This document shows, piece after piece, positions 32,241-45,000 of a stretch of DNA of 64,000 bases. The first letter of the stretch is position 1, and each line of letters begins with the position of its first letter. The stretch comes from a virus (taxonomy: Duplodnaviria; Caudoviricetes), in the IMG/VR virus record IMGVR_UViG_3300028364_000013. One strand, 5' to 3'. The position numbers and the translations under genes are program-made. The notes under the pieces were generated by a model. The model had not been told where the DNA came from. It saw nothing but the letters and a program-made list of their open reading frames with translations, and did no database searches.

Positions 32241-35200
32241 TTAATCTTTCCAACTTCCTTCAGGCAAATCCATAAGCTGAAGATGTGTGTCTTCAAATCT
32301 AACATATTTATTTGGAGTTTCACCACTAATTAATTTTGGTTTAATTTCAACAACAATTATCCACCACATCCAAAAACAACGATTTACTTTTGGCATATAA
32401 TGTGACTTACAATTTACGTATTTGAAGTCTTTTCCATTTTCAACACTCCAGTAACAACTTTTAAAAGCTTCCCAATAAGGTTTTCTTCTAAATTTAGAAC
32501 CTTTTGGTTTTTTTGAAATTCGTATTGAAATATTTTCGTTATTTACTAAATTCATATCTAATTATTTTCTAAACCAATAAATATTACCATCAGACATAGC
32601 ATCGCCCCAATTGATGTAATCATCTCTCATTCCTTCATTAAAATCTTCTTTGTCCATATCATCCCAATCTGGGTCTGGAGCTGTATGATTAGTTTTTCTT
32701 CTTTCATACTCTTTCCACCACTCTTTTTTTGAAAACCCTGTTGTATAATCAGGAATAATTCCAATCTCCCAACCACAAGACTTAACATCAACAGTAGCAG
32801 GAAGTCCATACCAACAAATTTTTCTACCCTGTTCTGATTGTGGGTCAAGAAAATTATATACATGTTCACAAAGAACTACTTTAAGATACTCAGCTTTTGA
32901 CATTGCAAATGACATACCTCCATCTCCACCTGTTGTTCCAAAAGAGTATACAAGTATTCCATTGCACCACATTTCACAAGAAGTTCTTCCACTAAATCTA
33001 AGTTCATCCCATTTAACTTTAGAATTAGTTCTTTGCTTAAATCTAATATCCCAAGATAACCTTTCTATACTTGATGACCATGCTTTAAAATGCTCACTAT
33101 CTTCTGGCGGAATTAAATCAACTGGAAGTCTGTCAGAATAATATAACCACCAATTTTTTGGCTCTCCATTGTAACCTTGATGTTCTCTTCCTTCTATGCT
33201 ATAAACATCATACTCTTTATCATGTATTAATACATGAAAAATTTTTCTTGGTGTTCCTATGTTACTTTCTGATTCCATTTTTATTTCAATTTAATTTCCA
33301 AACTTTCTTTAAACCTAACAAGTAATTCTCCTACTAATAAATCATAATCATTATTTGGTTCAGCTGGAACATTTCGGGAAGGTATTTTTCCTTTTATGTA
33401 CATATTGTCAGTAGCTGTATCTACAGCTTCGATTAACTCTTCATCAGTTAATGTGCATTTTCTAAATGATACTATCGAATTCATATTTTTATTTTTTAAA
33501 ACTTCCAAAATTTACTATCATTTTTTCCAATGATTTACTTATCTCTTTTTTTGATTTACACAAATGTTCAATCATCTCATAAGGACTTCCGCCTCTTGAA
33601 ATTGATTCGAATATCGTTCTGAATTCTGCATCGAACATGAACTCTTTAATAAAATCTGGTGTAAATTCTTTTTCTAAATCCTCCTTACTTATTCTTTTAT
33701 GGTTTTTATTAAAAGAATCCTTCCAACTAAATCTACAATCAGTATCTCTACAAATCCACTCCACATCAACTGGGTCATGTGATTTATCAAAATTGTTACA
33801 CTTAGGACATGTTTCTGCTGTGATATTTGGTTTGGTATTTTTTTCTAATAAGATACCATCAATAGAAAGCCAGTCTTTTTGACAAACATTATGAATTCCA
33901 CCAGAATAATCACCTTCTAACTCTACTTGGTTTTTTCTAATCCCAACCACCTTCATCATTTCTCTACCTTGATATAAATCAGTGTGATATACTTTTTGCC
34001 CTAATTCTAATTTCATTTTTATAAATTTATAAATCATTCATTTCTATGAATAATTCTATTTTTCTTCTAACCAATCTTGATGCTCCTGGTCTCCATGTTT
34101 TATTTCTTGAAATAATTCACGCATAAGTTTTGCACAATCTTTCACTGGTACATTAAGTTCTCCAGCCCATTCAATGTGGTCAGATTCCCTTGTCCCATTT
34201 TGCACCTCTTCATCAAATTTGTTTGCAACGAAAGTAGTATTCAATTTAGTGTTTAGTAAAATTGTTTTTCCTGATATTACTTTATTCATAATTATTTATT
34301 TTTCTATCCCCATACTATCAATGTGAGCAGTCGCAATATCTCCAGATTTTTTCACAGATGCTTCATGACTATTTGAATATGCATAAGCAATATCGTCAAT
34401 TTCAACATGCATTTTTTCAAATAATTCAATAAATTTTTTTAAATTATCATGTCTTTCTGGGTCACGAGAACCACAACCCAATGGTCTAATTGGCCCAACT
34501 AATTTAGTAATTACTTCGTAAATTTGTTCTGTCTCCATTTTGTTTTTTTTTAAACTTTAAACAATTACATTCTTCTTTTTTGGTTTTAACAAAAGGAATT
34601 CCTTGAGAAGTAAACTCAACTTCAAAAAATCTCCATCCAGATACCGTTCTAATCCACATAATCAGTTTATATTAAAAGTGATTCTATATTCATTTTGTGT
34701 CTATTTAAACTCTATCTCAATTACTCTTGTGTTCTTCTAAATTCCAACAGCCTTATCTTCCTTGCCTTCTTTTCTTAGCTTTTCAATTAAGTCAAGCCTA
34801 AGCTTTTCAGTATCTTCTACAGAAAGTTCTCCATGAAAATTTGTTGTTGGGAAAGCATTGTATCCAAGTTCATCACAAGGTTCAATTATTCCGACTGGCT
34901 CATCGCAGGTGCTGCAAATTGACCATATAAATACCTTTCTCATCTCCAAGCATTAAAGAAGTTAAGAGTAAGTTCTCCTACAGAACATACATCCGCATCT
35001 GATTCCTCAAAGTCATCCAACTCTTCATTATAAGCGCCCAAGTGATTTTCAAGGTCTTCCTCAAACTTATCAAGCCTGGCAGCCTTTCTTTCTAATTCGT
35101 CAAGTACTTTTGAATCAATTTCTACTTTTACCATTTTTGTCTTTTTTAATTTCAAGACAAATATAAGCAAAATTATTTCAAATCTTTAAGTTTCTTTGTA

Positions 35201-36593
35201 AAATCTTTTGACACTTTATCAGACTTAACGTTTTCATCAATTCTTTTCTGGCGAATAACATAAGCACCATAAGCTTTTTCTCCTTCAGCAAGAATTTGTT
35301 TCTTCACAGCATTTAAGTCATGAGAATAAATAACCTTAGTTTCATGTCTATCGAATTCATCAATAGCATTTTCGACTGCTGAAGAAAAAGTTCCTTTTCT
35401 CCAAACACTTCGTACATAATGCTTTTGGTCAAGAGAACTGTCTAATACATAAAACCTGTCTTCACTTGGTTTTCCTTTGGCTTCTTCGTTCTTCCATTGA
35501 GGACCTACTACAACCATATACTCAAGACCTCTTGATTCAAGGAATTGTTCTAAATTTTGAATTTTCATAATTGTTCATTTAATAAAAAGAAGAATGTCCA
35601 CAAGCGGTGCTCTCCTGATTGAATTTCTACTGTGAACTCCTGGTTGTTGTCGCTATAGCTTCCAAGAATCCATTCATCCTTAAAACCTTCACAATAGTGG
35701 TGTGAATAGTCTTCCTTTCCTTCTTTATGCAATAGGCTCAAAGGGAAAATTAATGGCTTTTTAGACCATACAGAAACCTTCCAGTCGTGAAAGTTGCAAC
35801 GAGTTATTATTGTCGTTCCATCCTTAAGAACAGTCTTGTATACTGGTAACTTAGCAGACTTTGAGGTGTGTTCTGATACAGCTTCAACAGATTCTACTTT
35901 ATCATAGAAAATGCCTGTGCCCATCAAGTCACGAAAGAATACAAATTGATTTGACATGGCTTTCTTGTAAATCATGTTATCTGGAGTGTTCTCCTCGTTT
36001 CTATTGTACCAAGCCTGAATTGGTGCTCAATATGTTTTTTGTTGCCAATCTGGCAATATTGATATATCTACTGCTTCCATAATTTTATTTTTACATGCTT
36101 GCATAAATTTGAAATCCATCTCCATCATCTGAGATTTCTACTCCATAAGATATAGCTTTTTTAACATCTTCTTCTGTAAAATCCTGGAATATTTCCATAC
36201 CACTTCCTATATACATCACATCATGTTCTCCATGAAAGAAATTTCTCTCACCTTTATTCTCTGGCTTGAGTTTATCATATAAAAACATGATAGCACAAAT
36301 CTGTCTGGCCTCGTACTGAGGTTCAATCAATGGGTCTCCATATGAATGTTCTTCTTCAAACCTTTCAAACCACTCTTCTAATTGTTCTTCGTTTTCCATA
36401 ATTATCCTTTTGATGGCGTGTTAATAACCATTATTTCTACTTTCATTTCAAGAGATAGCTCTGCTTCACAATCTCCACAAATCTCCAACGTTCCATTGTA
36501 TGGTTCCTCACACAAGCTTTCTAATTCACCTGCAAGGTCATGTCCACAATTGGGACACTGAATATTCATTGTACTATAAGTTCCTATTTCCAT
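32241..36593 (-). other. Array of hypothetical CDSs (32241-32555, 32562-33278, 33281-33508, 33489-34037, 34056-34289, 34296-34538, 34737-34949, 34940-35170, 35173-35568, 35565-35975, 36091-36399, 36402-36593)
   Basis: Co-oriented abutting ORFs. Confidence 0.75.
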
Positions 36594-36770
36594 TATGCTA
36601 ACATTTTTTTAAGTTCATCAAGTGTAATAACTTCCTTTCCAAGGCCTTTTGCTTTAACAACCTTGCTGCTTCCAGAGCTTGGGTCTTTACACACAAGGTG
36701 AGTAATCTTTGCGCTTACTCCAGAAGCAATAGTTCCACCTTTATCAACAATGATGGTTTTGAGGTTTTTA
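36593..36770 (-). pseudogene. BRCT-domain remnant (C-terminus of an NAD-dependent DNA ligase)
   Basis: LKTIIVDKGGTIASGVSAKITHLVCKDPSSGSSKVVKAKGLGKEVITLDEL; the first strand of the BRCT domain is missing. Confidence 0.85.
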
Positions 36771-37232
36771 ATTATTTTTAAATTTTCTATATAAACGTGC
36801 AACATTTCCACTTGTGTGGCATCCAATTTTACCTTTGTATGTTGGCACCCCAATTTTATTCAACTCTTTCGTTATTTGCTCGTAATTCAAACCCTTTTGT
36901 TTTAATTCATCAATTATTTTAAATATCTGTAAATTTTTCTCATCTGTCAAGGAGTCAATTCTCTTTTTTTGAGCACCTTTAACCCTATGTTCGTATTTAA
37001 GGTTCTCAGGCTTACCAAGTACAACCCCTCTCTCTTTCGCTCTTTTTAACCCCTCTATTGTCAATCTTCTATGCTCTGGCCTGTTCTTTAAACCATGAAC
37101 TTTACAATGACATTTTACACAAAGAGGTATTGTTTTATTTCCACCTCTTGATTTAGGTATAACATGATGATTTTCTTCTGCTGGCTCATCACATTCAAAA
37201 CAAATATCAGTATCTATTACAATTTTCGCCAT
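36768..37232 (-). CDS. HNH endonuclease fused to resolvase/recombinase-type DNA-binding region
   Basis: CFEC...NHHVIPKSRGG..TIPLCVKCHCKVH; TIEGLKRAKERGVVLGKP. Confidence 0.8.
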   Translation of the reverse strand: MAKIVIDTDICFECDEPAEENHHVIPKSRGGNKTIPLCVKCHCKVHGLKNRPEHRRLTIEGLKRAKERGVVLGKPENLKYEHRVKGAQKKRIDSLTDEKNLQIFKIIDELKQKGLNYEQITKELNKIGVPTYKGKIGCHTSGNVARLYRKFKNN

Positions 37233-37329
37233 TAATTATTATACGAATTTAAACCAATAATGTTTCATAAAAGTATGATAAAAATATAATTTTTACTTTT
37301 TATTTACTATTTATAAGAAACAAATAAAT

Positions 37330-37482
37330 ATGGGAAGACCAAAATTAAAAGAAAAAGAAAAGAAAGCAAGACTTGGGATTACAATTTCTAAAGAATTAAA
37401 TAAACTTCTTGGTATAGAGACACCTAATAAGTCTGGGTTTATAGAGAACTTAATTCAAAAATATTTCGATGAAAAAAAATAA
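37330..37482 (+). CDS. Small ribbon-helix-helix-like protein (50 aa, below ORF-track cutoff)
   Basis: MGRPKLKEKEKKARLGITISKELNKLL...KSGFIENLI; overlaps the start of 37469; TATTTATAA upstream. Confidence 0.65.
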   Translation: MGRPKLKEKEKKARLGITISKELNKLLGIETPNKSGFIENLIQKYFDEKK

Positions 37483-38443
37483 TATAGTAAACCACATCAG
37501 CTATAACAAATTGCTTCAGGAATTTCACCCAAAAAAAAACAATGATGTTAAATTATTGGATTTTAGTCATGGAAGTCATAAAAAAGTCTGGTGGAAGTGT
37601 AGCGCTTCTTATGACCACGAGTGGGAAGCTACAATAAACCACAGAGCTCAAGGACGTGGGTGTCCATTTTGTAGCGGTAAGAAAGTTGCTGAATCAAACG
37701 CTTTGTCAACAACTCATCCAGAAATAGCAAAAGAGTGGCATCCAACAAAAAACACCTTGACACCAGACGATATAACTTTTGGTAGTGAAAAAAATATTTG
37801 GTGGAAATGCGATATTGCTGACGACCATGAATGGGAGACAACAGTTAAACATAGGTCAAGTGGAAATGGTTGCCCTTGTTGTTCTGGTTATAAAGTTGTA
37901 AACTCTAACTCTCTTACCACACAACACTCAGAATTATCAAAAGAATGGCATCCAACAAAAAATGGAGTAATAACTCCAAATGATGTATCTGGTGGTCATC
38001 GCAAAGTATGGTGGATATGTTCGCAAGATGGTAACCATCAATGGAAGGCTTCTATAAAAGATAGAATAAGAGGTAGGAGATGCCCTCATTGTCATTATCC
38101 TAAAAGCAAAGGTCACCTAAAAATAGAAAAAATACTTATTGATAATAATATTAATTTTGAAACAGAGAAAAAGTTTGATGATTGTGTGTTCAAAAGAATG
38201 CTTAGATTTGATATTTATTTACCAACCTTAAATGCTTTAGTTGAATATGATGGAAGACAACATACCAATGCAGTTGATATATTTGGAGGTAAAAAAGAAT
38301 TGGTTAAAACCCAGAAAAGAGATAAAATAAAAGATGAATATGCTAAAAATAACAATATTCATCTTTTAAGAATTTCTCACAAAGAATTCAAAAATATTGA
38401 GTCAATTGTGTTAGATTATTTGAAGGTAATTACAAACTCTTAA
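37469..38443 (+). CDS. Tandem zinc-ribbon repeats plus C-terminal PD-(D/E)XK/DUF559-like endonuclease
   Basis: Three WWKC...HEW...GCPxC repeats; LRFDIY..VEYDGRQH...KRDKIKDEYA. Confidence 0.85.
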   Translation: MKKNNIVNHISYNKLLQEFHPKKNNDVKLLDFSHGSHKKVWWKCSASYDHEWEATINHRAQGRGCPFCSGKKVAESNALSTTHPEIAKEWHPTKNTLTPDDITFGSEKNIWWKCDIADDHEWETTVKHRSSGNGCPCCSGYKVVNSNSLTTQHSELSKEWHPTKNGVITPNDVSGGHRKVWWICSQDGNHQWKASIKDRIRGRRCPHCHYPKSKGHLKIEKILIDNNINFETEKKFDDCVFKRMLRFDIYLPTLNALVEYDGRQHTNAVDIFGGKKELVKTQKRDKIKDEYAKNNNIHLLRISHKEFKNIESIVLDYLKVITNS

Positions 38444-39848
38444 CAGATTCCTCAATGATTTTTGCAGTTTCAAGTGAATCAAACTCTGTTTTGTCTTCTC
38501 TGATTTCAACAACAGATGGGTGCATTGTTGACCAATTACCATCCCTATCTTGAGATAATCCTTTACAGTTTATCTCAACAATTTTTCCCATTAATTTATC
38601 TTGATTATCAGTTACATACTGCATCATCTTTTCATCCATATTTGATGGGTTTGTTTTCAAAAATCCACAAGAACTTTCTAAACTTAGAGTAGAAATCCAT
38701 TTTTCATTTTTTGTTCCTGGAGTTCCCATTTGAAAGCCCACAATTTTAAGGTCAATGTTCATATCAAGCTTCATTTTCACTTGCCAATTAGGCTTCCCAT
38801 CTTTCCATGCCCCTTTATAATCCTTCAATATTGTACCCTCAAGACCTCTCTCAAGCGCTTCAATGAAATGCTCCATTGATTCCTTAACAGTTGTAACTTC
38901 TTTTGTCTCAACAAGCTCTATTCGAGTTGGTTGTTTATTAACAAGAATAGATTTCAATTCTTCAAAACGCTCTTTATAAGGTCTCTTTGAATTTTTATTG
39001 TAATACTCATCAACTGTGATAACATCCCAACATGTATAAACTACAGAGTCTAAAGCTTCTTGAAATGTTAAATCATCTTTTCCAAAATCAGACTTATGCT
39101 TCTTCAAAAATGCATCAATCTTTTTTTGAGTTTCAATAAGACCACGTTCATCTTCTTTAAGTTGAATGTCAACAAGAGACGAAACAATTCCATTGGCTGT
39201 TCTTCTAACTGGAACGCCTATAACTGTAAGTTCTCCATTTAATACAATTTCATCTCCAATATCAGATAACTCTTTAATAAACCTTGCATCTTTAAGTCCA
39301 TTTGGCTCTCCAGCTCTACTTACAAACTCCACTTCTCCGTCACGAACAATTGCGTTTGCATAGCGACCATCCATCTTAATTTGACTCAAGGCCACACCCT
39401 TTTTAATAATAGTCTCAACAAGTTTTTTATCATAAGACTTAGCTCCCATATAAGGAGTTTTTTCAACAAGGCCATCAATTACCTTGTTTACATTGGTTCT
39501 TCCCATTCCAATTTTTAAATCCTTTTCAATAATTCGAATAACAACATATTGGTCTTCAATATTTATTGAGCTTAGTATATGTTGAAGGTGATTTGTTGCT
39601 ACTCCTCCAGTGAATTCTCTTGATGATAATCTTGATAATTCATCAACAGCCCATCCAAGCCCTTTGTCTTCTCCAATGTATTGAAATTCTGGGATTTGTT
39701 TTATGTAGAATTTAACTCTCTTTGACATTGCTTGATATAGTACATCTTTCAATAACTCATTATCTGAGTATTTTTTAAGAATTTCAATTTTAGCATTTGT
39801 TCCTGGCTCTGCAGAAATCTCATCAAGTATTGATTTTATTGTTGTCAT
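38430..39848 (-). CDS. ATP-dependent DNA ligase (T4 gp30-like)
   Basis: QIKMDGRY (KxDG), LNGEL, CWDVI, GLEGTILK and VKMK motifs, plus C-terminal OB domain. Confidence 0.93.
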   Translation of the reverse strand: MTTIKSILDEISAEPGTNAKIEILKKYSDNELLKDVLYQAMSKRVKFYIKQIPEFQYIGEDKGLGWAVDELSRLSSREFTGGVATNHLQHILSSINIEDQYVVIRIIEKDLKIGMGRTNVNKVIDGLVEKTPYMGAKSYDKKLVETIIKKGVALSQIKMDGRYANAIVRDGEVEFVSRAGEPNGLKDARFIKELSDIGDEIVLNGELTVIGVPVRRTANGIVSSLVDIQLKEDERGLIETQKKIDAFLKKHKSDFGKDDLTFQEALDSVVYTCWDVITVDEYYNKNSKRPYKERFEELKSILVNKQPTRIELVETKEVTTVKESMEHFIEALERGLEGTILKDYKGAWKDGKPNWQVKMKLDMNIDLKIVGFQMGTPGTKNEKWISTLSLESSCGFLKTNPSNMDEKMMQYVTDNQDKLMGKIVEINCKGLSQDRDGNWSTMHPSVVEIREDKTEFDSLETAKIIEESVKSL

Positions 39849-39859
39849 AATTTTTGTTT

Positions 39860-39916
39860 TTAAGCTTCGTTAGCTTCTCTAATTTTAGAAACCAGTTCAT
39901 TTGTTGCTGTACTCAT
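39860..39916 (-). pseudogene. N-terminal stump of an NAD-dependent DNA ligase
   Basis: MSTATNELVSKIREANEA*; the stop falls at the Tyr expected in the LigA helix-1 motif (L..KI.EAN.AY). Confidence 0.7.
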
Positions 39917-39925
39917 AATTTTTAT

Positions 39926-42900
39926 TTAATGTCTGGCAGCAATGCACTGCCCAGTTGGTTTAATATCTAATTCTCCTTTATAGTTTGTGAACTCCACCAT
40001 AATTCTTCCATATTGGTCAGCAAATCCACTAACGCAACCACCCATGCTACTTGGCATATTTGAATATAATTTTAGCCTGAGCCTTTTGCTTACTATTGAT
40101 TTTCTAATCTTTTTTCTAAAGCTTCCTTTTGGTTTTTTCATTTATGCTCTTTTAAAACTTTTTAACGCTTTTTTGATTTCACTTGGAGTTGATTCCATAG
40201 ACATTCTCCAATAATCCATTCTTGGATTCATAATATTGTTATCAAATCCAACATTAAATAACCCATTAACGAAAGACATAACTTCGTCCTTTGGAATCTT
40301 TGTTCCAGTTACTTCCATGTCAGAAAAATAAGAATGCTTAACCTTTCCAGTCATGCCATCGAAACAAAATTCTGCAAGACCTTTGATTTCTTGAAATTCG
40401 TCTCTTGTAAGTTGGTATTGCTTTCCAGTGTAATCACCAGAATACATTTGACAATCTACAATTGTTCCTTCTGGAGCGTTAATTACTTTAAAGTCATTTT
40501 CATTGTAATACTTTTTATGAATCGCAACCTCAAGTGTATAATATCCATCACTCTTTATTTCTGGAAGAACTCCAAACTCCTTTGAATCTATTCGTGTTGT
40601 ACTTTCTCTTAGCTCAATCCAAATACTGTGGTGAAGAGAGTTGTATTCTCTATCGCCATCTTCAATATTTGAATCAATCTCTTCCTTGGCTTTGTCAGAA
40701 GTTTTGTTATCAATTACAATATATCCTGTTGGCATCTTGAAGTCTCTACTAACAACACAACTTTGGTCTTTAATAGAAAATTCTCCACCAATCCACGAGA
40801 AGTAATTTGAACTCCCGTTCATAAAATCTCCAATACTATCTCCAACTCTCTTAAGTTTTTTTATTGCATTAACAGCTTCTTGACTCATTCCGAGCCTTTC
40901 TGTTTCATGAAGAGTACATCCAATACTCCCACCTCCTGCTGGTGAAAAATCTTGGTCAAAATCTGAAGCTTCAAGTGTGTCAACAATAATATTGCCTTTG
41001 TATTCAGTAACAAGAACTTTTAGACCACTTACATTCTTTGGTCCATTATTCAATAAATCTGTAAGGTTTTGGATGTCACTCTCAAATAACTCCACTTGAC
41101 CTTCTGACCAAGAAAGGTCTTTCTTAGCTCCAGACTCTTTATAAAACTCAATTGTTTTTTTCTCATCATCAAGTTTCTTTTGAGTATAATCAATTGTTCC
41201 TTTGATGCTCTCTGGCGAATTTCTATCTCTCATGTCCATAAAATTTATTATAACCCCAATATGTATATGCCCTTTGAACTATATCTTGTAGCAAAGGGTT
41301 TTCTCTTAATTCGTATTCTGAATCTGTGTGAAGCGGAAGCAAATGTCTTGAAATATCTGCAACATCCTGAATTTGCTGTATGTGCTTATTGTACTTGTGT
41401 TCATCAAAAAGCAGTTCGCCTTCATCTCCTTTGATATTATTTATAACATCTTTCTCCCAATCATCAAAAGCACGAATGGCCTGTTCAAATTTATCAAAAA
41501 TCAATTTATCAAGAATGTTTTGGCTATTTTCATTAACCATTTGCTTCAACAGCCAGTATGGTTGTACTTCGAGATTTAGCCCCATTGTAAACAACTTGAG
41601 CTTGTGCTCTGGTCTACTATATTCTAATTTCTTTTCTTCCATAATAGGTTATACGAAATAATTTAAACTATGTTCTATATCTCATAGAAATTTATAGAAT
41701 ACATGTCTTCAATGTTTCTTGAATAGTTGTGCTCAGACATATAATCCAATAGAGATTGATAGTCTTTTCCAAACATTTTCTCAAATGTAAAGTTTTTAGA
41801 ATCATTACTCAAGAAGTCTTCCACTTTGAAATAACCTGGAAGCACAAGTCTTGAAACCATGTATGTTCTAATTTTAGTAGAACCATTCCAGTCATTAGCA
41901 AGCCAATCTTTTTTGTCAATCTCAGTTTTGCCACTGGAGTCTGCTTTTAGATATGGAGCAAGAACTTTTCTGTACCCATCATCCACCACATAAACAACAG
42001 CAAAGTATTCAACAAACTCATGTTCATTTTCCCAACTTTCAAGTTTTTTGTTTATTTTTCTCCACCCTAACTGGCCATTAAGTTTAGATAGTCCAGAGTC
42101 AACTTCTCTCTTGTAGCTCCACATCTCTTTATTGATTGAATCAATCTTGTTTTTAGACTCTGACTTGTATGAAATTAAATCTTCTCTAAGAGATTCAACC
42201 ATAGCTTCTAACTTATCTCTTTTGAAGAGGTTTGGAAATAATGTTTTTAAAAATCTTTTCATTTTATATTCAATTTAATCTAACAAAGATTCAATCTCAG
42301 ATAATGTAAATTTATCAGCAGCCCTCTTGAACGCTTCCATTTTATATACATCCATAAGTGTCTTAGGGATATAACCCATACTCATCTCATTCTCTACCTC
42401 TTCAAACTCTACAGTTAAATCAGCAACAGAATCTTCAAGACAGCTCACTTCATCCTGCAGCTCTTTTATTTCATCGTTCTTGTCTTCGCAAGAACTACAT
42501 TCTCCATTTAGGATTTCAAACAAAAAATCAGAATTATCCTCTAATACATTTAGAAGGTCTTCGTTGGTCTTGCAGTCATCAATTTCTTTAACGAAATCAG
42601 CTCCAGTTTTCATCACCTCCAAAGCAAATGCTTTTAGAGTCTGCTTGAATACTTTGTTTATTTCTTTGTTTTTCATATGTCGTACTTTTGTTTGTATTCC
42701 AGATACTTAATGTGTTTATTTGTCTCCATCCACCACTTGTTCCAAACGGAGTTTCTCTTTTTATAATAATGAATATTAAAATATTTGTCAGAAAATACTG
42801 GACCAAGATTATCCATAATCATAATTGAAAGCGATATTATAGTCACAAATGTTATAACAAAAAACGAAACCCCTAATGACACGTTTCCCAGAGCAACTAA

Positions 42901-43913
42901 TACTAAAGAAATTGATAAAAATGGAGATAGAATTAGTGATAAATAAATAAAGTTTGATGTCATACTTTTCCACCAAAAACCTTCTGGCTTTACTGGTGTA
43001 AGTTCTCTAATTTCTTCTTTTGACTTAATTTTAATTTTTAACTTAATGACTTCACATCTCCTGCACTCAACATAACTCTCATCTTCATCAAAAGTATAAG
43101 CCATTCTACCTTCCAGTTTTGGGTGAGGTATGACTCCAGAAATTGTATTTACTTTAAGTCCACTCTTGAAAGGTTTTAACTTATACTTCCCAATGTTTTT
43201 ATCATCGAGAGGTCTCTTCTTGCACTTTTTTCCTATATTCGCCTCAAATTGTTCTACATCCATAGTGGTTATACGATTATTATTATAAAATGTTCTTTAC
43301 TTTCTTTCATTTCTTTCATTCTGCTTGATGCCAAAGTAAGTTCCAAAAGAACCACCAAGCAAAAACAATATAACTGGCACAACATCTCCACTCAACACAG
43401 ACTTTATTCCTATTGAGAAAGAGATTAGCGTAAGTATTCCGACCCCGTTGCCAGTAAGTATGGCTGCTAACTTCTTTTTCTCAGCAGTATAAATCACATT
43501 TAATGTCCTAAGATATATGAACATAAACTGTGATAAAAACACAATTATAGCAGACCAGTATGGGTCATTTAATATGTCTTGAATTAATTCTTTCATTAAA
43601 ATTTGTAACACGAAGGAGGGTTCAATCCTTCTAAATGATTCTTATATTCAGCCATACAATCTCTATGTGCTGATTCTAAATTGTTCTTTAAATCTCTTAA
43701 AAATGACTTATACCATTCTTTATCTTCATCACTGCGAGTCCAGCTTCTTCCATTCTTAAAAAAATCCTGTAGCGCATCTTTAAGTTCTTTTGCACCCTTC
43801 TCATAAAAACCAACTCTGCACTTATACCAATTAGTATAAGAAAGACAGGTTCCTTCTTCAGATGTTATGTCTGGATACCTTTCTCTAATATCTTTAAACT
43901 CTTCGTCTGTCAT
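39926..43913 (-). other. Hypothetical CDSs (39926-40141, 40142-41239, 41223-41642, 41675-42262, 42275-42676, 42673-43263, 43596-43913)
   Basis: Co-oriented abutting ORFs. Confidence 0.75.
43297..43611 (-). CDS. Small membrane protein (DUF5698/DUF2179 N-terminal-like)
   Basis: Three hydrophobic segments; FIYLRTLNV and GGSFGTYFG. Confidence 0.55.
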   Translation of the reverse strand: MLQILMKELIQDILNDPYWSAIIVFLSQFMFIYLRTLNVIYTAEKKKLAAILTGNGVGILTLISFSIGIKSVLSGDVVPVILFLLGGSFGTYFGIKQNERNERK

Positions 43914-43993
43914 TTGTAACTTTTTAAAATACTATCGTTATATAGTTGTACGCAAAGTTAGAGCAAATGTTCTAATAAAAAAAATATAAAAAA

Positions 43994-44022
43994 TAGAACA
44001 TTTTTAATTTGTGTGCGTATAA
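43994..44022 (+). promoter_or_regulatory. Recurrent phage promoter in plus orientation, back-to-back with the copy at 43946-43974
   Basis: TAGAACA-N15-CGTATAA upstream of plus-strand ORF 44053. Confidence 0.85.
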
Positions 44023-44052
44023 CAAGTTAGAACCAATTTAAAAAGAATAGAT

Positions 44053-44967
44053 ATGAACAAGCCAACAACATATAAAGAAGTTCCATTTATAATTCAAGAT
44101 GGACTTATGTTTAGAGATGAAGTTCTTAACTCATTCCTTTCAGCGGATGGTGGAATTCCTTTGTCAACAATGATTGCATTAGCAGGAACTTCAGGAGCAG
44201 GTAAAACTACTCTTTGTAAGAAACTTCAAAAAGAACTTTCTCCAGACCTATTCTCTACATTCTTCTCTTTAGAGACAAGCAAAAATTCAGTTGCTCGTCA
44301 AACTAAGAGAGTTGAGACTGGAGACAACGCATTGGTTTGTGATGATAAAGATTTTCCAACATGGTCTTCATTTATGAAGTATTTATATGAAGACAAGCCA
44401 ACGATTGCATTCATTGACTCTCTTCAACATGCTGCAAAGCTTCTTTCTAAGGAGAATGGAAAATATAAGTATGATAATTATGCTCAGATTGTAGAAGACC
44501 TTTATACATGGAAAGAAGAGTGCAACACTATTGTTGTAATGATTGTTCAATTAAATGGACAAGGTAAGGTTGAAGGTCCAGAAGCTACAGTTTTTGATGT
44601 AGATGTTCCTTTAAAACTTATTGCTAACCCAAAAACTAAAGAGCGTCACTTAGAGGCTTCTAAAAATAGAAACGGTGGAACAGTTGGTAGCATTTATTAT
44701 GAATTTGTTTCTGATGATAGAATTATTCAATTCTTTGATGAAGACGAATATAAAATTGCTAAAGAAGGAGTTTCTCTTCCAGAGATGGTAACTGATACTG
44801 CATTTCAATTTGCTTCAGCATTCAAAAACCATGAAAACTACAAGTCTTTCAAAAAAGACTTCAACAAAGAAGTAAAAAAGATTTACAACGACAACAATGA
44901 TGATGCTGTAATTTGTACACAGATTGTTATGGTAATGACAAAGTTGTCTAAAGAATACTTTTCATAA
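44053..44967 (+). CDS. RadA/Sms-like RecA-fold ATPase
   Basis: LAGTSGAGKTT, FSLET, FIDSLQ and SKNRNGG (KNRFG-like) motifs. Confidence 0.75.
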   Translation: MNKPTTYKEVPFIIQDGLMFRDEVLNSFLSADGGIPLSTMIALAGTSGAGKTTLCKKLQKELSPDLFSTFFSLETSKNSVARQTKRVETGDNALVCDDKDFPTWSSFMKYLYEDKPTIAFIDSLQHAAKLLSKENGKYKYDNYAQIVEDLYTWKEECNTIVVMIVQLNGQGKVEGPEATVFDVDVPLKLIANPKTKERHLEASKNRNGGTVGSIYYEFVSDDRIIQFFDEDEYKIAKEGVSLPEMVTDTAFQFASAFKNHENYKSFKKDFNKEVKKIYNDNNDDAVICTQIVMVMTKLSKEYFS

Positions 44968-45000
44968 ATATTACATTCTTTTATGGTGGTTCTAAAAAGA

